Positions 1 to 10,387 of a DNA stretch of 64,000 bases are shown one piece after another. Made by a program: the position numbers and the translations under genes. The notes beneath the pieces were generated by a model. It was not told the DNA's origin, searched no databases, and saw nothing but the letters and a program-made list of their open reading frames with translations. Positions within the stretch are counted from its first letter, which is position 1, and each line of letters starts with the position of its first letter. The stretch spans positions 135,400 to 199,399 of the forward strand of contig CAJUNH010000002.1 in the NCBI GenBank assembly GCA_910587795.1. Direction: 5' to 3'. The stretch comes from an uncultured Christensenellaceae bacterium (GTDB lineage Bacteria > Bacillota > Clostridia > Christensenellales > CAG-314).

Positions 1-204
1 ATTACAAACGAACGACATCTGTCCTGTTTAAAAACAGCAAAACGGCAATTGGCGGAAGCGGCACAGTCCTGTAAGTCGGCAACATTGGATATCGTTACCA
101 GTTCTCTTAGACAAGCATGGGAAACTTTGGGCGAAATTACAGGATCCGCCGCCAGGGAAGATATTATCGACCGTATTTACAGCAAATTTTGTTTGGGCAA
201 GTAA
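1..204 (+). CDS. mnmE: tRNA modification GTPase MnmE, C-terminal fragment (gene starts left of the window)
   Basis: Frame 1 is open from the window edge. Translation ends ...REDIIDRIYSKFCLGK*, the conserved MnmE C-terminal FC[IL]GK motif. mnmG follows immediately, as in the conserved pair. Confidence 0.85.
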   Translation: MTNERHLSCLKTAKRQLAEAAQSCKSATLDIVTSSLRQAWETLGEITGSAAREDIIDRIYSKFCLGK

Positions 205-301
205 TTTTGTACAAATTTGCCCGTTTAAACGTCTAACTTGCGCAAAACAATTAATTTAAACCAACACACAACTTTACATTGATATAAAGGAAACAACGCC
301 A

Positions 302-2155
302 TTGAAAAACTTTGACATAATAGTAATAGGAGCAGGGCATGCCGGTTGCGAAGCGGCTCTGGCCGCCGCCAGACTAGGCTGTTCCACATTACTGCTTGCC
401 ACAAATTTAGATACGGTTGCATTTCTTGCGTGCAACCCCAGTATAGGGGGCACGGCAAAAGGGCAAATCGTAAAAGAAATCGACGCCTTGGGCGGAGAAA
501 TGGCAATAAACGCCGACAAAAGTTTACTGCAAATGCGTATGCTAAATCGCGGCAAAGGCCCCGCGGTATATTCTCCCCGCGCGCAGGTAGACAAAAACGT
601 ATACCACGTCTGCATGAAGCAGACAATAGAAAATACTCCCAATTTATACCTGCGTCAAGGCGAGGCGGTAAAAATCGACGTTACTCCCAAGGGGGAATTT
701 ACCGTTACAACCGCCGTAGATTTGCAATACGTATGCAAAGCGGTTGTATTGTGCTGCGGAGTGTATCTTTCCTCTAAAACAATCGTCGGGCAATGCGTTA
801 AAGACAGCGGACCTAACGGTTTTGCAAACGCGCAATATTTATCTCAAAGTCTAAAAGACCTCGGGTTTACGGTACGCCGTTTTAAAACGGGGACACCAGC
901 GCGTGTAAGAATGAAGTCGATAGACCTAAGCAAAACCGTCGAACAGCACGGCGAAGAAGACGTTTTGCCTTTTTCCTACCTTACAGACAGCATACCGGCT
1001 ACAAAGCGCAGCTGCTATCTTACGTATTCTACACAAAAAACAAAAGAAATCATTCTAGAAAACAAGCATTTTGCACCGATATACAACGGCTCGATAAACG
1101 GAGTCGGCCCCAGATACTGCCCAAGTATAGAGGACAAAATCGTACGATTTGCCGATAAAGAACGCCATCAAATATTTTTGGAACCCGAAGCGGAGGACAC
1201 GTGCGAGTTTTATGTACAGGGCGCTTCGTCCAGTATGCCTGCCGCCATCCAGGAACAAATTTATCACAGCATAGAAGGGCTGGAAAACGTTGAGATTATG
1301 CGCGACGCGTATGCGATAGAATACGACTGCATTGACGCAACCGAGCTTACAGCCGCATTAATGTCAAAAAAGATACCCGGAATGTTTTTTGCCGGACAAA
1401 TAAACGGCACCAGCGGATACGAGGAAGCAGGCGGACAGGGAATTGTTGCGGGAATCAATGCCGAAAGGTTTGTCCGCGGAAAAGAACCGTTTATTTTGCG
1501 TCGAGATAACAGCTATATCGGAGTGCTTATCGACGATATAACGACTAAGGAAACGAATGAGCCGTATCGTATGATGACCAGCCGCGCAGAGTATCGGCTT
1601 GTGTTACGTCAGGATAACGCAGATTTACGCTTGACGGAAATAGGACGGCAAATCGGTTTGGTAACGGACGAACGGTACGCACGCTACACGGAAAAGAAAG
1701 CGGAAATAGAAAAAGCGGAAAAGGACTTAAAAAAAGTAGTTTCTCCCAAAATTTACGGAGATTTATTTACGCAAAACGGAGAGGTAGTTACCAAAGCAGG
1801 ATTGACCGTGGACGAAATGCTGCGCCGTCCAAACATCAACGCAAAGGATTTGCAATCATTGGGATTTTTTACCGACATAAGCGACGAAGCGTTGTACGAA
1901 ATAGAAGTGGAGTGTAAGTACAGAGGGTATATTCAAAAGGAAAAAGAGGCCATTGCGCAAGCGGACAAACTGGAAAGCAAACCTTTGCCCGACGACATAG
2001 ACTATACGTCCATAGAGGGACTGCGTATCGAAGCTCGGCAAAAACTCAATAAAATCCGTCCTCAAAACTTAGGACAGGCGGGACGGATTTCGGGTGTTTC
2101 TCCCGCAGACGTACAAATTCTTATTGTTTATCTTGCTCAGCGCGGATTAAAATAA
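302..2155 (+). CDS. mnmG: tRNA uridine 5-carboxymethylaminomethyl modification enzyme MnmG (GidA)
   Basis: 617-aa ORF with the N-terminal FAD motif DIIVIGAGHAGCEAALAAARLG and NPSIGG..KG motifs typical of GidA. TTG start. Confidence 0.97.
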   Translation: MKNFDIIVIGAGHAGCEAALAAARLGCSTLLLATNLDTVAFLACNPSIGGTAKGQIVKEIDALGGEMAINADKSLLQMRMLNRGKGPAVYSPRAQVDKNVYHVCMKQTIENTPNLYLRQGEAVKIDVTPKGEFTVTTAVDLQYVCKAVVLCCGVYLSSKTIVGQCVKDSGPNGFANAQYLSQSLKDLGFTVRRFKTGTPARVRMKSIDLSKTVEQHGEEDVLPFSYLTDSIPATKRSCYLTYSTQKTKEIILENKHFAPIYNGSINGVGPRYCPSIEDKIVRFADKERHQIFLEPEAEDTCEFYVQGASSSMPAAIQEQIYHSIEGLENVEIMRDAYAIEYDCIDATELTAALMSKKIPGMFFAGQINGTSGYEEAGGQGIVAGINAERFVRGKEPFILRRDNSYIGVLIDDITTKETNEPYRMMTSRAEYRLVLRQDNADLRLTEIGRQIGLVTDERYARYTEKKAEIEKAEKDLKKVVSPKIYGDLFTQNGEVVTKAGLTVDEMLRRPNINAKDLQSLGFFTDISDEALYEIEVECKYRGYIQKEKEAIAQADKLESKPLPDDIDYTSIEGLRIEARQKLNKIRPQNLGQAGRISGVSPADVQILIVYLAQRGLK

Positions 2156-2302
2156 ATTGCACAAGTTACTTGGTTTAAAACGTTTACTTGTACAAAAACA
2201 AATTGTTTTATTGCGTTGACAACATAAAATAAAAGAATTACCCTGATAAATAACTTAGACAAATTATGTACGCAAGTCATTAGCGTATTGTAAAAAACCG
2301 TT

Positions 2303-2983
2303 ATGATTAAAAACTATCTACAACAAAATGCAAATATAGATCTTACGGAACACATGCAGACGCAGTTAAAAATTTACTGCGATTTTTTGCTGCAAGAAAA
2401 CGAAAAATACAACCTTACCGCAATAACGGATGTCGAACAAGTATATATTAAACATTTTGCCGACAGTATGCTCGGCAGTGCGGCAATATCAAAAAACGCG
2501 ACGTTATGCGATGTCGGCAGCGGAGCGGGTTTTCCGTCGGTTCCGTTAAAAATTGCGCGTCCGGACATTGACATCACCCTTGTAGACAGTTTGGAAAAAC
2601 GCATAAACTTTACCAAAACCTTATGCGGTAAATTACAAATATCGGCGGATTTCTACCATGCGCGCGCAGAAGATTTTGCCGCCGCCCACCGCGAACATTT
2701 TGACGTTGCAACAGCGCGGGCGGTTGCGGCGCTGCCCATATTGTTGGAATACGTTGCGCAAATTGTTAAAATAGGCGGTATTGTGCTTGCATATAAAACA
2801 GACGAGAGCGAAACGGAAACGGCGGTTAATGCATGCAAAATATTAGGACTTAAACTTGAAAAAACATATAATTTTACATTGCCCGACGGCAGCAAGCGTT
2901 GTTTAATAGCGTTCCGCAAAGTTAAACAAACCCCGATAAAATACCCCCGCGGACAGAACAAACCGCGCAAGCAGCCTTTGTAA
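2303..2983 (+). CDS. rsmG: 16S rRNA (guanine527-N7)-methyltransferase RsmG (GidB)
   Basis: 226-aa ORF with the SAM motif DVGSGAGFPSVPLKI and NLTAI.. motifs. Conserved position after mnmG. Confidence 0.93.
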   Translation: MIKNYLQQNANIDLTEHMQTQLKIYCDFLLQENEKYNLTAITDVEQVYIKHFADSMLGSAAISKNATLCDVGSGAGFPSVPLKIARPDIDITLVDSLEKRINFTKTLCGKLQISADFYHARAEDFAAAHREHFDVATARAVAALPILLEYVAQIVKIGGIVLAYKTDESETETAVNACKILGLKLEKTYNFTLPDGSKRCLIAFRKVKQTPIKYPRGQNKPRKQPL

Positions 2984-3127
2984 CAGACAATTTTTTGTAA
3001 ATTTCGGTTGTCCGCATTTTATAACTTTTTATATTCTTCGTCACTTATTAGCGCCGCGCATTGCAAACGGCTTTGCAATCAAACTAAGCGCTTTATAAAA
3101 CGCACAATTTATTTAAAGGAAAAATTT

Positions 3128-3916
3128 ATGATTCAAAAATTATTTGAGAAATTATCATCTTTTAACGAGACGGAGGCGATAGCGCTGGGCGGCTCACGCG
3201 CGGGTATTACCTACGACGAAAAATCGGATTACGATGTGTACTTATACGTTACCCGTCCCATCAAGGAAAAAGACCGCAAAAATTTACTTACCGAGTTTTG
3301 CGGCAAAATGGAAATAGGCAACAGCTTTTGGGAATATGAAGATAATTGCGTTTTAAAAAACGGCATAGACATCGACATTCTTTACCGCAATCTTGACGGA
3401 TTTGAAAAAGATATCGAAAGCGTTGTAAAAAACTTTTCCGCCCGCAACGGATATACAACCTGCATGTGGCACAATCTTAAAACCTGCAAAATTATTTATG
3501 ACAAAAACGGCAGGTTAACCGCGCTTCAAAAAAGATACGACTGCGCCTATCCCCAACAACTAAAACACAACATAATCGACCGCAATATGAAATTGCTGCG
3601 CTACGGCATGCCTGCTTTTGAGGGACAAATACTAAAAGCGGCAAAACGAGGAGATATAAACAGCGTCAACCATCGTACTGCGGAATTTATGGCGTCGTAT
3701 TTCGATATTATTTTTGCTTTAAACAATTTAACTCATCCGGGCGAAAAACGGCTTGTTCAGCTTTGCGAACGCGACTGCAAACTTTTACCGAACAATTTTG
3801 CGGAAAACATTTACAACCTGTTTAACAGTTTGTTATGCCCTGCGGATATTTTGGCGGAGAAACTAAATACGATTATTGTCGAACTGGAAAAAATAATTGA
3901 AATAAACAATTATTAG
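3128..3916 (+). CDS. nucleotidyltransferase-domain protein (KNTase-like fold, function unknown)
   Basis: GGSRAG...SDYDVYLY matches the GS-x-DxD minimal nucleotidyltransferase motif. I prefer the ATG at 3128 (MIQKLFEK) with AAAGGA upstream over the track's longer ORF from 3008. Confidence 0.6.
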   Translation: MIQKLFEKLSSFNETEAIALGGSRAGITYDEKSDYDVYLYVTRPIKEKDRKNLLTEFCGKMEIGNSFWEYEDNCVLKNGIDIDILYRNLDGFEKDIESVVKNFSARNGYTTCMWHNLKTCKIIYDKNGRLTALQKRYDCAYPQQLKHNIIDRNMKLLRYGMPAFEGQILKAAKRGDINSVNHRTAEFMASYFDIIFALNNLTHPGEKRLVQLCERDCKLLPNNFAENIYNLFNSLLCPADILAEKLNTIIVELEKIIEINNY

Positions 3917-4197
3917 TTTGTTTTTCCAACAATAAAACGTCGAACAGCTTGTACTTTCGCGCCTTTTTAAATAAATCTTGTAAATGCAGTATTTGCAATA
4001 GCAATTATTATTTTTTATCGAATAACCTCGGTTAAACACTATACGGTTCATTTACAAGCGAAAATTCTGTTAAACCGGCTGTATCAACCACTTATTAAAA
4101 CAACTACGCTAAATATTTTTCTCGTATTGACGTTAAGCTTTTAATTTAAGCAGTATATAAATGTCAAAAAATTTATTTGCCAAAATGGGGTAACGGT

Positions 4198-4692
4198 ATG
4201 AATAAAATTATAGTTATAGGCTGTTCGGGCAGCGGCAAAAGCACCTTTGCACGGAAACTGTCTGCTTTATTAAATTTACCGCTTTATTATTTGGATATGA
4301 TATGGCACAAACCCGACAAAACAACAATAACGCAAAAAGAGTTTGACGCAAAACTCAATAATATACTAAAAGAAGACAGCTGGATTATTGACGGCAATTA
4401 TCAAAGAACGCTGGAAATGCGTCTAAAAAAGTGCGACAGCGTTTTTCTTTTTGATATTTCGACGGAACTGTGTTTAGAAGGAGCAAAATCTCGAATTGGA
4501 AAGCAACGCGTTGATTTACCCTGGCTGGAAACCGATTTCGACGACGATTTTAAACAATGGATATACGATTACAAAACGAAATCCTTACCTATAACTATGG
4601 ACTTGCTTAAACAATATCAGGACGGAAAACAAATCATAATTTTTAAATCAAGAGAAGAAAGCGAAGAATTTTTAAAAAAGCTGAGTAAGTAA
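4198..4692 (+). CDS. P-loop NTPase, adenylate-kinase/topology-modulation (FlaR)-like
   Basis: Walker A IVIGCSGSGKSTFARKL at the N-terminus, ~165 aa. The ATG at 4198 is in frame with the track ORF 4177..4692. Confidence 0.6.
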   Translation: MNKIIVIGCSGSGKSTFARKLSALLNLPLYYLDMIWHKPDKTTITQKEFDAKLNNILKEDSWIIDGNYQRTLEMRLKKCDSVFLFDISTELCLEGAKSRIGKQRVDLPWLETDFDDDFKQWIYDYKTKSLPITMDLLKQYQDGKQIIIFKSREESEEFLKKLSK

Positions 4693-4716
4693 ATTAGCAT
4701 TTATATAAAAAATATA

Positions 4717-4754
4717 AAAGAGCGAAGAAAACAAATTCTTCGCTCTTTTGTTTT
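4717..4754. terminator. bidirectional intrinsic terminator between convergent genes
   Basis: Perfect 13-bp stem aaagagcgaagaa / ttcttcgctcttt with a 6-nt loop. It has an A-run upstream and tgtttt downstream. Confidence 0.8.
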
Positions 4755-4795
4755 AAACGGATTTTCCGTTTTAATTATTAATTTTTTTACTTTTA

Positions 4796-5359
4796 TTATC
4801 TGCGTCTTTTCTTTTCGCTGCGATACACAAAGTTAAGCGTTTTGCGCGGTCCGTTAGGCGCGTTTAAAATATCGCTTTGACCGATCGGCGTAATAACTAC
4901 GTGGCGTCCGTTTCCCTGTCCTTCGCTTTGCGTCGTAACATACTTACTTGCTTGCAAAGAGGTGTGAATAATGCGTCTTTCGTACGGATTCATCGGTTCC
5001 AAACTTACCGCTCTGCCCGAGCGTTTAACTTTTTGCTCGATGTTACCCGCCAAACGTTGCAAAATCTTTTCCCTCTTTGTGCGGTATCCTTCGGCGTCTA
5101 AAGTAACGCGCTTAAAGCCGCTTTTTGCCGAATTAAGCATCAAATTGCACAAATATTGCAATGCGTCCAAAGTTTCTCCGCGATATCCTATTGCGTGCGC
5201 CGCATCGTCGCCCGTAATATTCATCAGTAAATTTTCGCCGTTTTCGCTTACTTCTACGCTGCAATTTATTAAATCCATTTTGGCAAGGACGTTTTGCAAA
5301 AACTCCTTAATTTCCGCGACGTTACCGTTCAAAACCGCCGTTTCGTCTTTTATATTCAT
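4796..5359 (-). CDS. jag: RNA-binding protein Jag/KhpB (KH + R3H domains)
   Basis: 187 aa with the C-terminal R3H signature LEPMNPYERRIIHTSLQ. Sits directly downstream of yidC, as in Firmicutes. Confidence 0.85.
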   Translation of the reverse strand: MNIKDETAVLNGNVAEIKEFLQNVLAKMDLINCSVEVSENGENLLMNITGDDAAHAIGYRGETLDALQYLCNLMLNSAKSGFKRVTLDAEGYRTKREKILQRLAGNIEQKVKRSGRAVSLEPMNPYERRIIHTSLQASKYVTTQSEGQGNGRHVVITPIGQSDILNAPNGPRKTLNFVYRSEKKRRR

Positions 5360-5362
5360 GTA

Positions 5363-6652
5363 CTACCTCATATAGCTTGCCTTAGACTTATTTTCCTTTT
5401 CGTCTTTTTTGGCAATGCTCTTTTCTACAATTTTTTCTACAGGCAAACGTAATGCGATAGTGGAAATAATGCTAAGCGTGTAGTTAAACACCATGTAGAT
5501 AGCAAACGCGCCGGTATACATAAAGCCGAACACAGCCATCATTGCAGGCATCATTATCATCATCATTCTGTTTGTCATTTGCTGCTGTTGGTTAAGCGGC
5601 TGCTGTTCGCCTTTGCGGTTGCGCTTTTCCATACGCTGCGATATCCACATAGACAAAAAGCTCAGTGCAACGGACAAGACAGGCAATATCATAAGTCCGT
5701 TCCAACTTCCGTTATTACCGTAACCGTCCACTTCCAATATAGCGTTACGTATCGTGTTATACACCGTACGTCCCTTGTCGTCGTCGGGATAATTTTCCAT
5801 GCTTATAATGCTGGAAAAATTATTGCTGCCTTTGTCGTAATCCGGCATAACGGGAGCCCAAGTATCGGGTTGCCATACGTTTTTAATCCAAAGCCAACTT
5901 TCCTTTTCGTTTAAGTAACGTTCCTGCACGCGTTTAATAGCCGTTTCCTGAGCTGTCAGTCCCGCCGAGTTATACGCGCCGTTTACCGCCTTTACGGCAT
6001 TTATTTTTGCATACAAGTCCGCATCTTCGTCCGTTTTGTTGACGCGGCTATCATCGTTGATTCGTGCTTGATATTTAGCGTCGTATTCCGCTTTGTAAGT
6101 AGCATATACGTCTCCGCCCATACTTTCAAATTCCGTTTGCAACGTGTCGTAGTATTCGTTAGACAATAAATGGAACGTAGTAATAGTGCTGTACGTCGAA
6201 TAATTGCGAAGTCCCGCAAACATAACGAAGAATATTACCATAGACAATATCATAGGCAAACAGGTACCCAACATTGAATATCCTTGTTTTTTGTAAAGTT
6301 TTTGCTTCTCTTCGTTAGCGCGTTGCGTATTTGCGCCGTAACGTTTGTCTATGCCTTCCAGTATCGGTTGTATGCGTTGCATTTTAAGAGTACTTTTACG
6401 CGACGAAAAACGTTGCCAAAAGTCAATGGGTAACATTATTATCTTTAAAAACAACGTAAAAACAACAACCGTCCAGCCGTAACTGCCTATCCATTGGTGC
6501 ATCAAACGTACAAGATTACCCACGGGTCCCAGATTGTTTGTAGAATACTCGAAGAAATCTACTGCCTGGGACGGACTGCAGCTTACAAGCGTTACCAGCA
6601 ATACTACGGCAATAAGCGCAGTTGTAAGTATAGCGTTAATTTTTCTTTTCAT
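5363..6652 (-). CDS. yidC: membrane protein insertase YidC/Oxa1 family (long form)
   Basis: Lipoprotein-like N-terminus (LVSCS). Core motifs LPIDFWQ..., KMQRIQP..., KLYKKQGYSMLGTCLPMILSMVIFF. Position in the rnpA-yidD-yidC-jag cluster. Confidence 0.9.
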   Translation of the reverse strand: MKRKINAILTTALIAVVLLVTLVSCSPSQAVDFFEYSTNNLGPVGNLVRLMHQWIGSYGWTVVVFTLFLKIIMLPIDFWQRFSSRKSTLKMQRIQPILEGIDKRYGANTQRANEEKQKLYKKQGYSMLGTCLPMILSMVIFFVMFAGLRNYSTYSTITTFHLLSNEYYDTLQTEFESMGGDVYATYKAEYDAKYQARINDDSRVNKTDEDADLYAKINAVKAVNGAYNSAGLTAQETAIKRVQERYLNEKESWLWIKNVWQPDTWAPVMPDYDKGSNNFSSIISMENYPDDDKGRTVYNTIRNAILEVDGYGNNGSWNGLMILPVLSVALSFLSMWISQRMEKRNRKGEQQPLNQQQQMTNRMMMIMMPAMMAVFGFMYTGAFAIYMVFNYTLSIISTIALRLPVEKIVEKSIAKKDEKENKSKASYMR

Positions 6653-6675
6653 TATTTCCCCTTTCTGCTATCAAC

Positions 6676-6921
6676 TTATACGTGCCACTTCATTTGCCCT
6701 TTCAGGTTGTCGGGAGCAGGGTCGAATCCGCCCTTTCCCCATGGCGCACATCGGCAAAGCCTCTTTACCGTAAGCCAACTGCCTTTAAAAAAGCCGAATT
6801 TTTCGTAAGCTTCCATAGAATAAACGGAACAGCTGGGAGTATAAATACACCTTTTACCGCCTTTCCACTTAGAAATAGTGGCTTTGTAAATTTTAAGCAG
6901 CATAATTGCAACGTACTTCAT
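6676..6921 (-). CDS. yidD: membrane protein insertion efficiency factor YidD
   Basis: 81 aa with C..YTPSCS.Y..EA....G...G..L...R..RC.P motifs. Overlaps the rnpA stop by 4 nt. Confidence 0.9.
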   Translation of the reverse strand: MKYVAIMLLKIYKATISKWKGGKRCIYTPSCSVYSMEAYEKFGFFKGSWLTVKRLCRCAPWGKGGFDPAPDNLKGQMKWHV

Positions 6922-7250
6922 TGTATCAACCCCGACCTTTTAAGCAGCTTTGTTACACTGTCTAATATATCGGCGTATACGTACCCGTCGCTTCTGCGCG
7001 GTATAAATACTATGTTATAGTAGGGCGTTACACTCTGCATAAAATTAGACACTGCAGCTTTAAGCTGACGGCGGACTTTATTACGCTGTACCGCGTTGCC
7101 GAACTTTTTGCTAACCGAAAACCCCGCCTGAGACTGTCTGCTGTTACTTTTACAGTACAGCATTACAAAGTTTTTGTCCGCTACGCTTTTTGCGTGTTTG
7201 TACACGTAGTTATATTGATAATTTTTTTTTAGTCTGTATATAGACTTCAA
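6918..7250 (-). CDS. rnpA: ribonuclease P protein component
   Basis: 110-aa basic protein (KKFGNAVQRNKVRRQLK) immediately downstream of rpmH. Confidence 0.9.
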   Translation of the reverse strand: MKSIYRLKKNYQYNYVYKHAKSVADKNFVMLYCKSNSRQSQAGFSVSKKFGNAVQRNKVRRQLKAAVSNFMQSVTPYYNIVFIPRRSDGYVYADILDSVTKLLKRSGLIQ

Positions 7251-7263
7251 GGTTTTTTACCTT

Positions 7264-7398
7264 TTACGCCGAAAGAGAATGACGTCCCTTGTTTCTTCTT
7301 CTTGCAAGAGTTCTGCGACCGCCCGTCGTCTTCATTCTGGCTCTAAAACCGTGCACTTTGCTTCTTTGTCTTTTTTTAGGTTGGTAAGTTCTTTTCAT
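7264..7398 (-). CDS. rpmH: 50S ribosomal protein L34
   Basis: Hand-translated 44-aa [47 protein letters not shown] (below the track's size cut-off). AAGGAG RBS upstream. Confidence 0.95.
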   Translation of the reverse strand: MKRTYQPKKRQRSKVHGFRARMKTTGGRRTLARRRNKGRHSLSA

Positions 7399-7446
7399 AA
7401 TATATCTCCTTTATCCTTAGCGCGTATACCGGACGCGCATTTTTTA

Positions 7447-7475
7447 ATTATCTTATGCCTTTCTTTTACAATCAA
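7447..7475 (-). promoter_or_regulatory. sigma-A type promoter for the rpmH operon
   Basis: On the minus strand: TTGATT, 17-nt spacer, GATAAT, about 45 nt upstream of the rpmH start. Confidence 0.55.
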
Positions 7476-7928
7476 AATATACGCATAATAATATACGATA
7501 CTATTCTATCAAAACAGCTTTGCAAAGTCAAGTGTTTAAATATATCGTGCACGGATAACGTTGGCTCAAAATAATCATTTTTAGACGTGATACGGCGTAA
7601 TTAAAACCGAAAAACTCAGTTAAACACAGTTGATTGCTTGATTGTACGTAATTAACAACTCCGCAACACAACCGAGATATTTTACATGCTGTTTTCCTCA
7701 TTTATCTTACACATTGATTACAAATTTACCCGTTTAACAGAAATAAAAAAATTTAAACCGCTTTATGCTTTTTGGGCAGCAGTATGTATTTGCATTACAC
7801 GTTTTGCATTAAAAGAATTACATTGTTTACATCGGACACTGCTTTACAACGCATAAACGTAAAAAATATTTACAAAAATTCTATAAAAACCGCAGTGAGT
7901 ATTATTAAATAAATTTTCAATTTCCGTA

Positions 7929-7957
7929 TTGAAAGATTTGACGTTTTGTGTTACAAT
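7929..7957 (+). promoter_or_regulatory. sigma-A type promoter upstream of deoD (~130-nt leader)
   Basis: TTGAAA, 17-nt spacer, TACAAT, with a TGt extended -10. Confidence 0.55.
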
Positions 7958-8094
7958 GTCTAAGCAACGTTAGCTTTATCTTACGGACACACGCGCCGCG
8001 CTTATGCGCAGAATTTTACTTTCGGCATATACGCAACGAATAACGTGTACATAAAAACCGCTTAACGTTAAATTAAATTTAAGGAGATTAACTT

Positions 8095-8799
8095 ATGTCT
8101 ATTCCCACCCCTCATATTTCTGCAAAACAAGGCGACTTTGCCGATACCGTACTTATGCCGGGAGATCCGCTCCGCGCTAAATATATTGCAGAAAATTTTC
8201 TTACCGACGCAGTGCTTGTAAATAACGTCCGCGGAGTACAAGGCTACACCGGATACTACAAAGGCAAACGCGTATCGGTTATGGCAAGCGGAATGGGCAT
8301 TCCGTCAATAGGCATTTACAGCTACGAACTGTACAATTTTTACGGCGTAAAAAATATTATCCGTATCGGTTCTGCGGGAGCCATACACCCTGACTTAAAG
8401 GTGCGTAATCTTGTATTCGGTCAAGGCTCTTGCACAAACAGCAACTATGCCCACCAATTCGGTATGCCCGGAACAATCGCCCCCATTGCCAGTTACGAAC
8501 TGCTGGAAAAAGCGGTTGATACTGCAAAAAAATTGAACTTGACTTTTAAAGTAGGCAACATCCTTTCCAGCGATACTTTTTACGACGACGGAGCAGGCTC
8601 TGCCGTTTGGGGAAAGATGGGCGTGCTGGCTGTAGAAATGGAAAGCGCGGCATTGTATTTAAACGCGGCGCGCGCAGGCAAAAACGCATTGTGCATTTGC
8701 ACCATATCCGACCATCTTTTAACGGGAGAAGCACTGTCCGCCGAAGAAAGACAAAATTCCTTCCGCGAAATGATGGAACTCGCGCTGGAAATTGCGTAG
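8095..8799 (+). CDS. deoD: purine nucleoside phosphorylase DeoD type
   Basis: 234 aa. N-terminus TPHISAKQGDFADTVLMPGDPLRAKYIAENFL and the MESAALY motif. GGAG RBS. Confidence 0.93.
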   Translation: MSIPTPHISAKQGDFADTVLMPGDPLRAKYIAENFLTDAVLVNNVRGVQGYTGYYKGKRVSVMASGMGIPSIGIYSYELYNFYGVKNIIRIGSAGAIHPDLKVRNLVFGQGSCTNSNYAHQFGMPGTIAPIASYELLEKAVDTAKKLNLTFKVGNILSSDTFYDDGAGSAVWGKMGVLAVEMESAALYLNAARAGKNALCICTISDHLLTGEALSAEERQNSFREMMELALEIA

Positions 8800-8884
8800 C
8801 CCGTCATTGTTAAGTATAAAAGTTTAAACTGTAAAAATACGGCTTATAATCACCAGCCATACCGGTAGTTTTCATTTTACAAAT

Positions 8885-8920
8885 AAACAGACAGGGACTC
8901 TCGTCTCTGTCTGTTTTATT
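8885..8920 (+). terminator. intrinsic terminator after deoD
   Basis: Stem aaacagacag / ctgtctgttt followed by a T-run. Confidence 0.7.
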
Positions 8921-9277
8921 AAGACTTAAATTATTTTTGTTTAATTGCCGGCGTTACCTTTCACCGCAAACTATAAAGAGTTTTTTTTCGTTTGCCGAGT
9001 CATAACATTCTTGCTGGCAGCTTATCTAAATATAAACTCAAACATGTGTTTCGGTTTCAACAATTATTTGATGCTAAGCAAACACAAATCTTATTTTTTA
9101 AATTCACTTTTCAATATAGTAAATAATAAAGCGTACAAATAAACGCATTTAATAACCTAAGTTGTACATTATTATTTACTTGCGCTTAACAAACAAACTG
9201 TCGGCATTGATGCTTAGCCCGCATTTTGCCGACAGTTTTTTTAAGTTTTTATTTAAATACATTAACAAAACATTAAA

Positions 9278-9925
9278 CTACCGTTTATCTTTTGCCGCGG
9301 TATTGTCCGCCGCAGTTACTTCTTTCGCCGATTCGATTTCCGCTGCGGTGTTATCATCGGCAACGGCGGTATCGCTTTCTTGCACAGTATTTGCGCCTTG
9401 TTGAGAATCTTCCTTTTGTTTCTGTTTTTTTGCGCTTTCGTTGGTATCTTTTGCTCCGCGGAAAACAACAAAAGTTTGCCACATAAATTCCAACACAAAG
9501 TTTATAATCATACACGTACCTTGCGCTATTATAAAACCCCAATCGCCTATGTTAGAAAGAGATTTTTCCACAGTAGCGATATACCATGTTTGGAACGGGT
9601 AAAACGGAATATAAAATACAAACGCCAAAAGCATGGCAATCGGCACGTTGTTAGCCGCCTTAAACGTAAACTTACGGTTAAAAGTAACGTTCCACAATAC
9701 CGACAATGCCAAAGCCGCGGTTTCGGCAATAAACGTCTCCAACGGCTGCTCTACAATAAAATGAATAGTTGCGTCTTTGGGAATACACCAATCCAGTATA
9801 ACTAATTTAAGCAGCAGCGCCGAAACCATCTGTATCACGCCTGCCGACGTAGAAAACAGCAAATATTTAACCGCGCGCCATATTTCTTTTTTGTTAATAT
9901 TTATTTTTTTGGGAGCTTCGTTCAT
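9278..9925 (-). CDS. GtrA-like membrane protein with a low-complexity acidic/Ala-rich C-terminal tail
   Basis: Four predicted TM helices and an N-terminal W..VKYLLFSTSAGVIQ motif resembling the GtrA family. I prefer the start at MNEAPKK (9925) over the track start 9982. Confidence 0.55.
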   Translation of the reverse strand: MNEAPKKININKKEIWRAVKYLLFSTSAGVIQMVSALLLKLVILDWCIPKDATIHFIVEQPLETFIAETAALALSVLWNVTFNRKFTFKAANNVPIAMLLAFVFYIPFYPFQTWYIATVEKSLSNIGDWGFIIAQGTCMIINFVLEFMWQTFVVFRGAKDTNESAKKQKQKEDSQQGANTVQESDTAVADDNTAAEIESAKEVTAADNTAAKDKR

Positions 9926-10135
9926 CAAGCCACCTCCGTGAAAAATATCACCTATTATACTCCCGCATTTAAAAGTTGTCAATTTTTGAACAAAGCATAT
10001 TTTATATTCATTTATTTAAAACGTATATATTTTCAATGTTACCAAATTACATTTTTTCCGTCGTACATAAAATAAGCAAGATAAAATTTTTTTGTTTTAA
10101 CGCTTTGTAAAAAGAGCTTTTCCCGAAGATGAAAT

Positions 10136-10167
10136 GCACCCCAAAAAGTTAAACGCTTTTGGGGTGC
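10136..10167 (-). terminator. hairpin downstream of gltX (terminator-like)
   Basis: 11-bp stem gcaccccaaaa / ttttggggtgc. The downstream U-tract is weak. Confidence 0.45.
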
Positions 10168-10387
10168 ACATCAAAGAGTAAAGCCCGTTAAATTTATTTT
10201 ATGTTTTGCGCAATTTAACAATTAAATAAGCTGCGCAGCAATTTTTATTTGCGTATCGTAATTTGTTTGCTTATTTATATTGCGGTTATTTTATGAACCG
10301 ATATCCGTTTATCGTGTAAAATTCTGTTAAAACGGCTGTTTGAACCATTTTCCTTTTTAAACGGCATTCTTAAAAAAACTTATATCG

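Noticed and set aside
7399-8094. The rpmH-proximal 700-bp intergenic region as the classical Firmicute oriC
   Set aside because: I found only 9-mers with two or more mismatches to the DnaA box there (TTATCCTTA at ~7411, CACGGATAA at ~7549). dnaA is not adjacent. The region is better explained by the rpmH and deoD promoters plus copies of the dispersed motif.
8945-9404. Small plus-strand ORFs (65 and 80 aa) in the AT-rich gap and overlapping the GtrA-like gene tail
   Set aside because: They have no RBS and low-complexity or AT-driven composition. The second overlaps the better-supported minus-strand gene.
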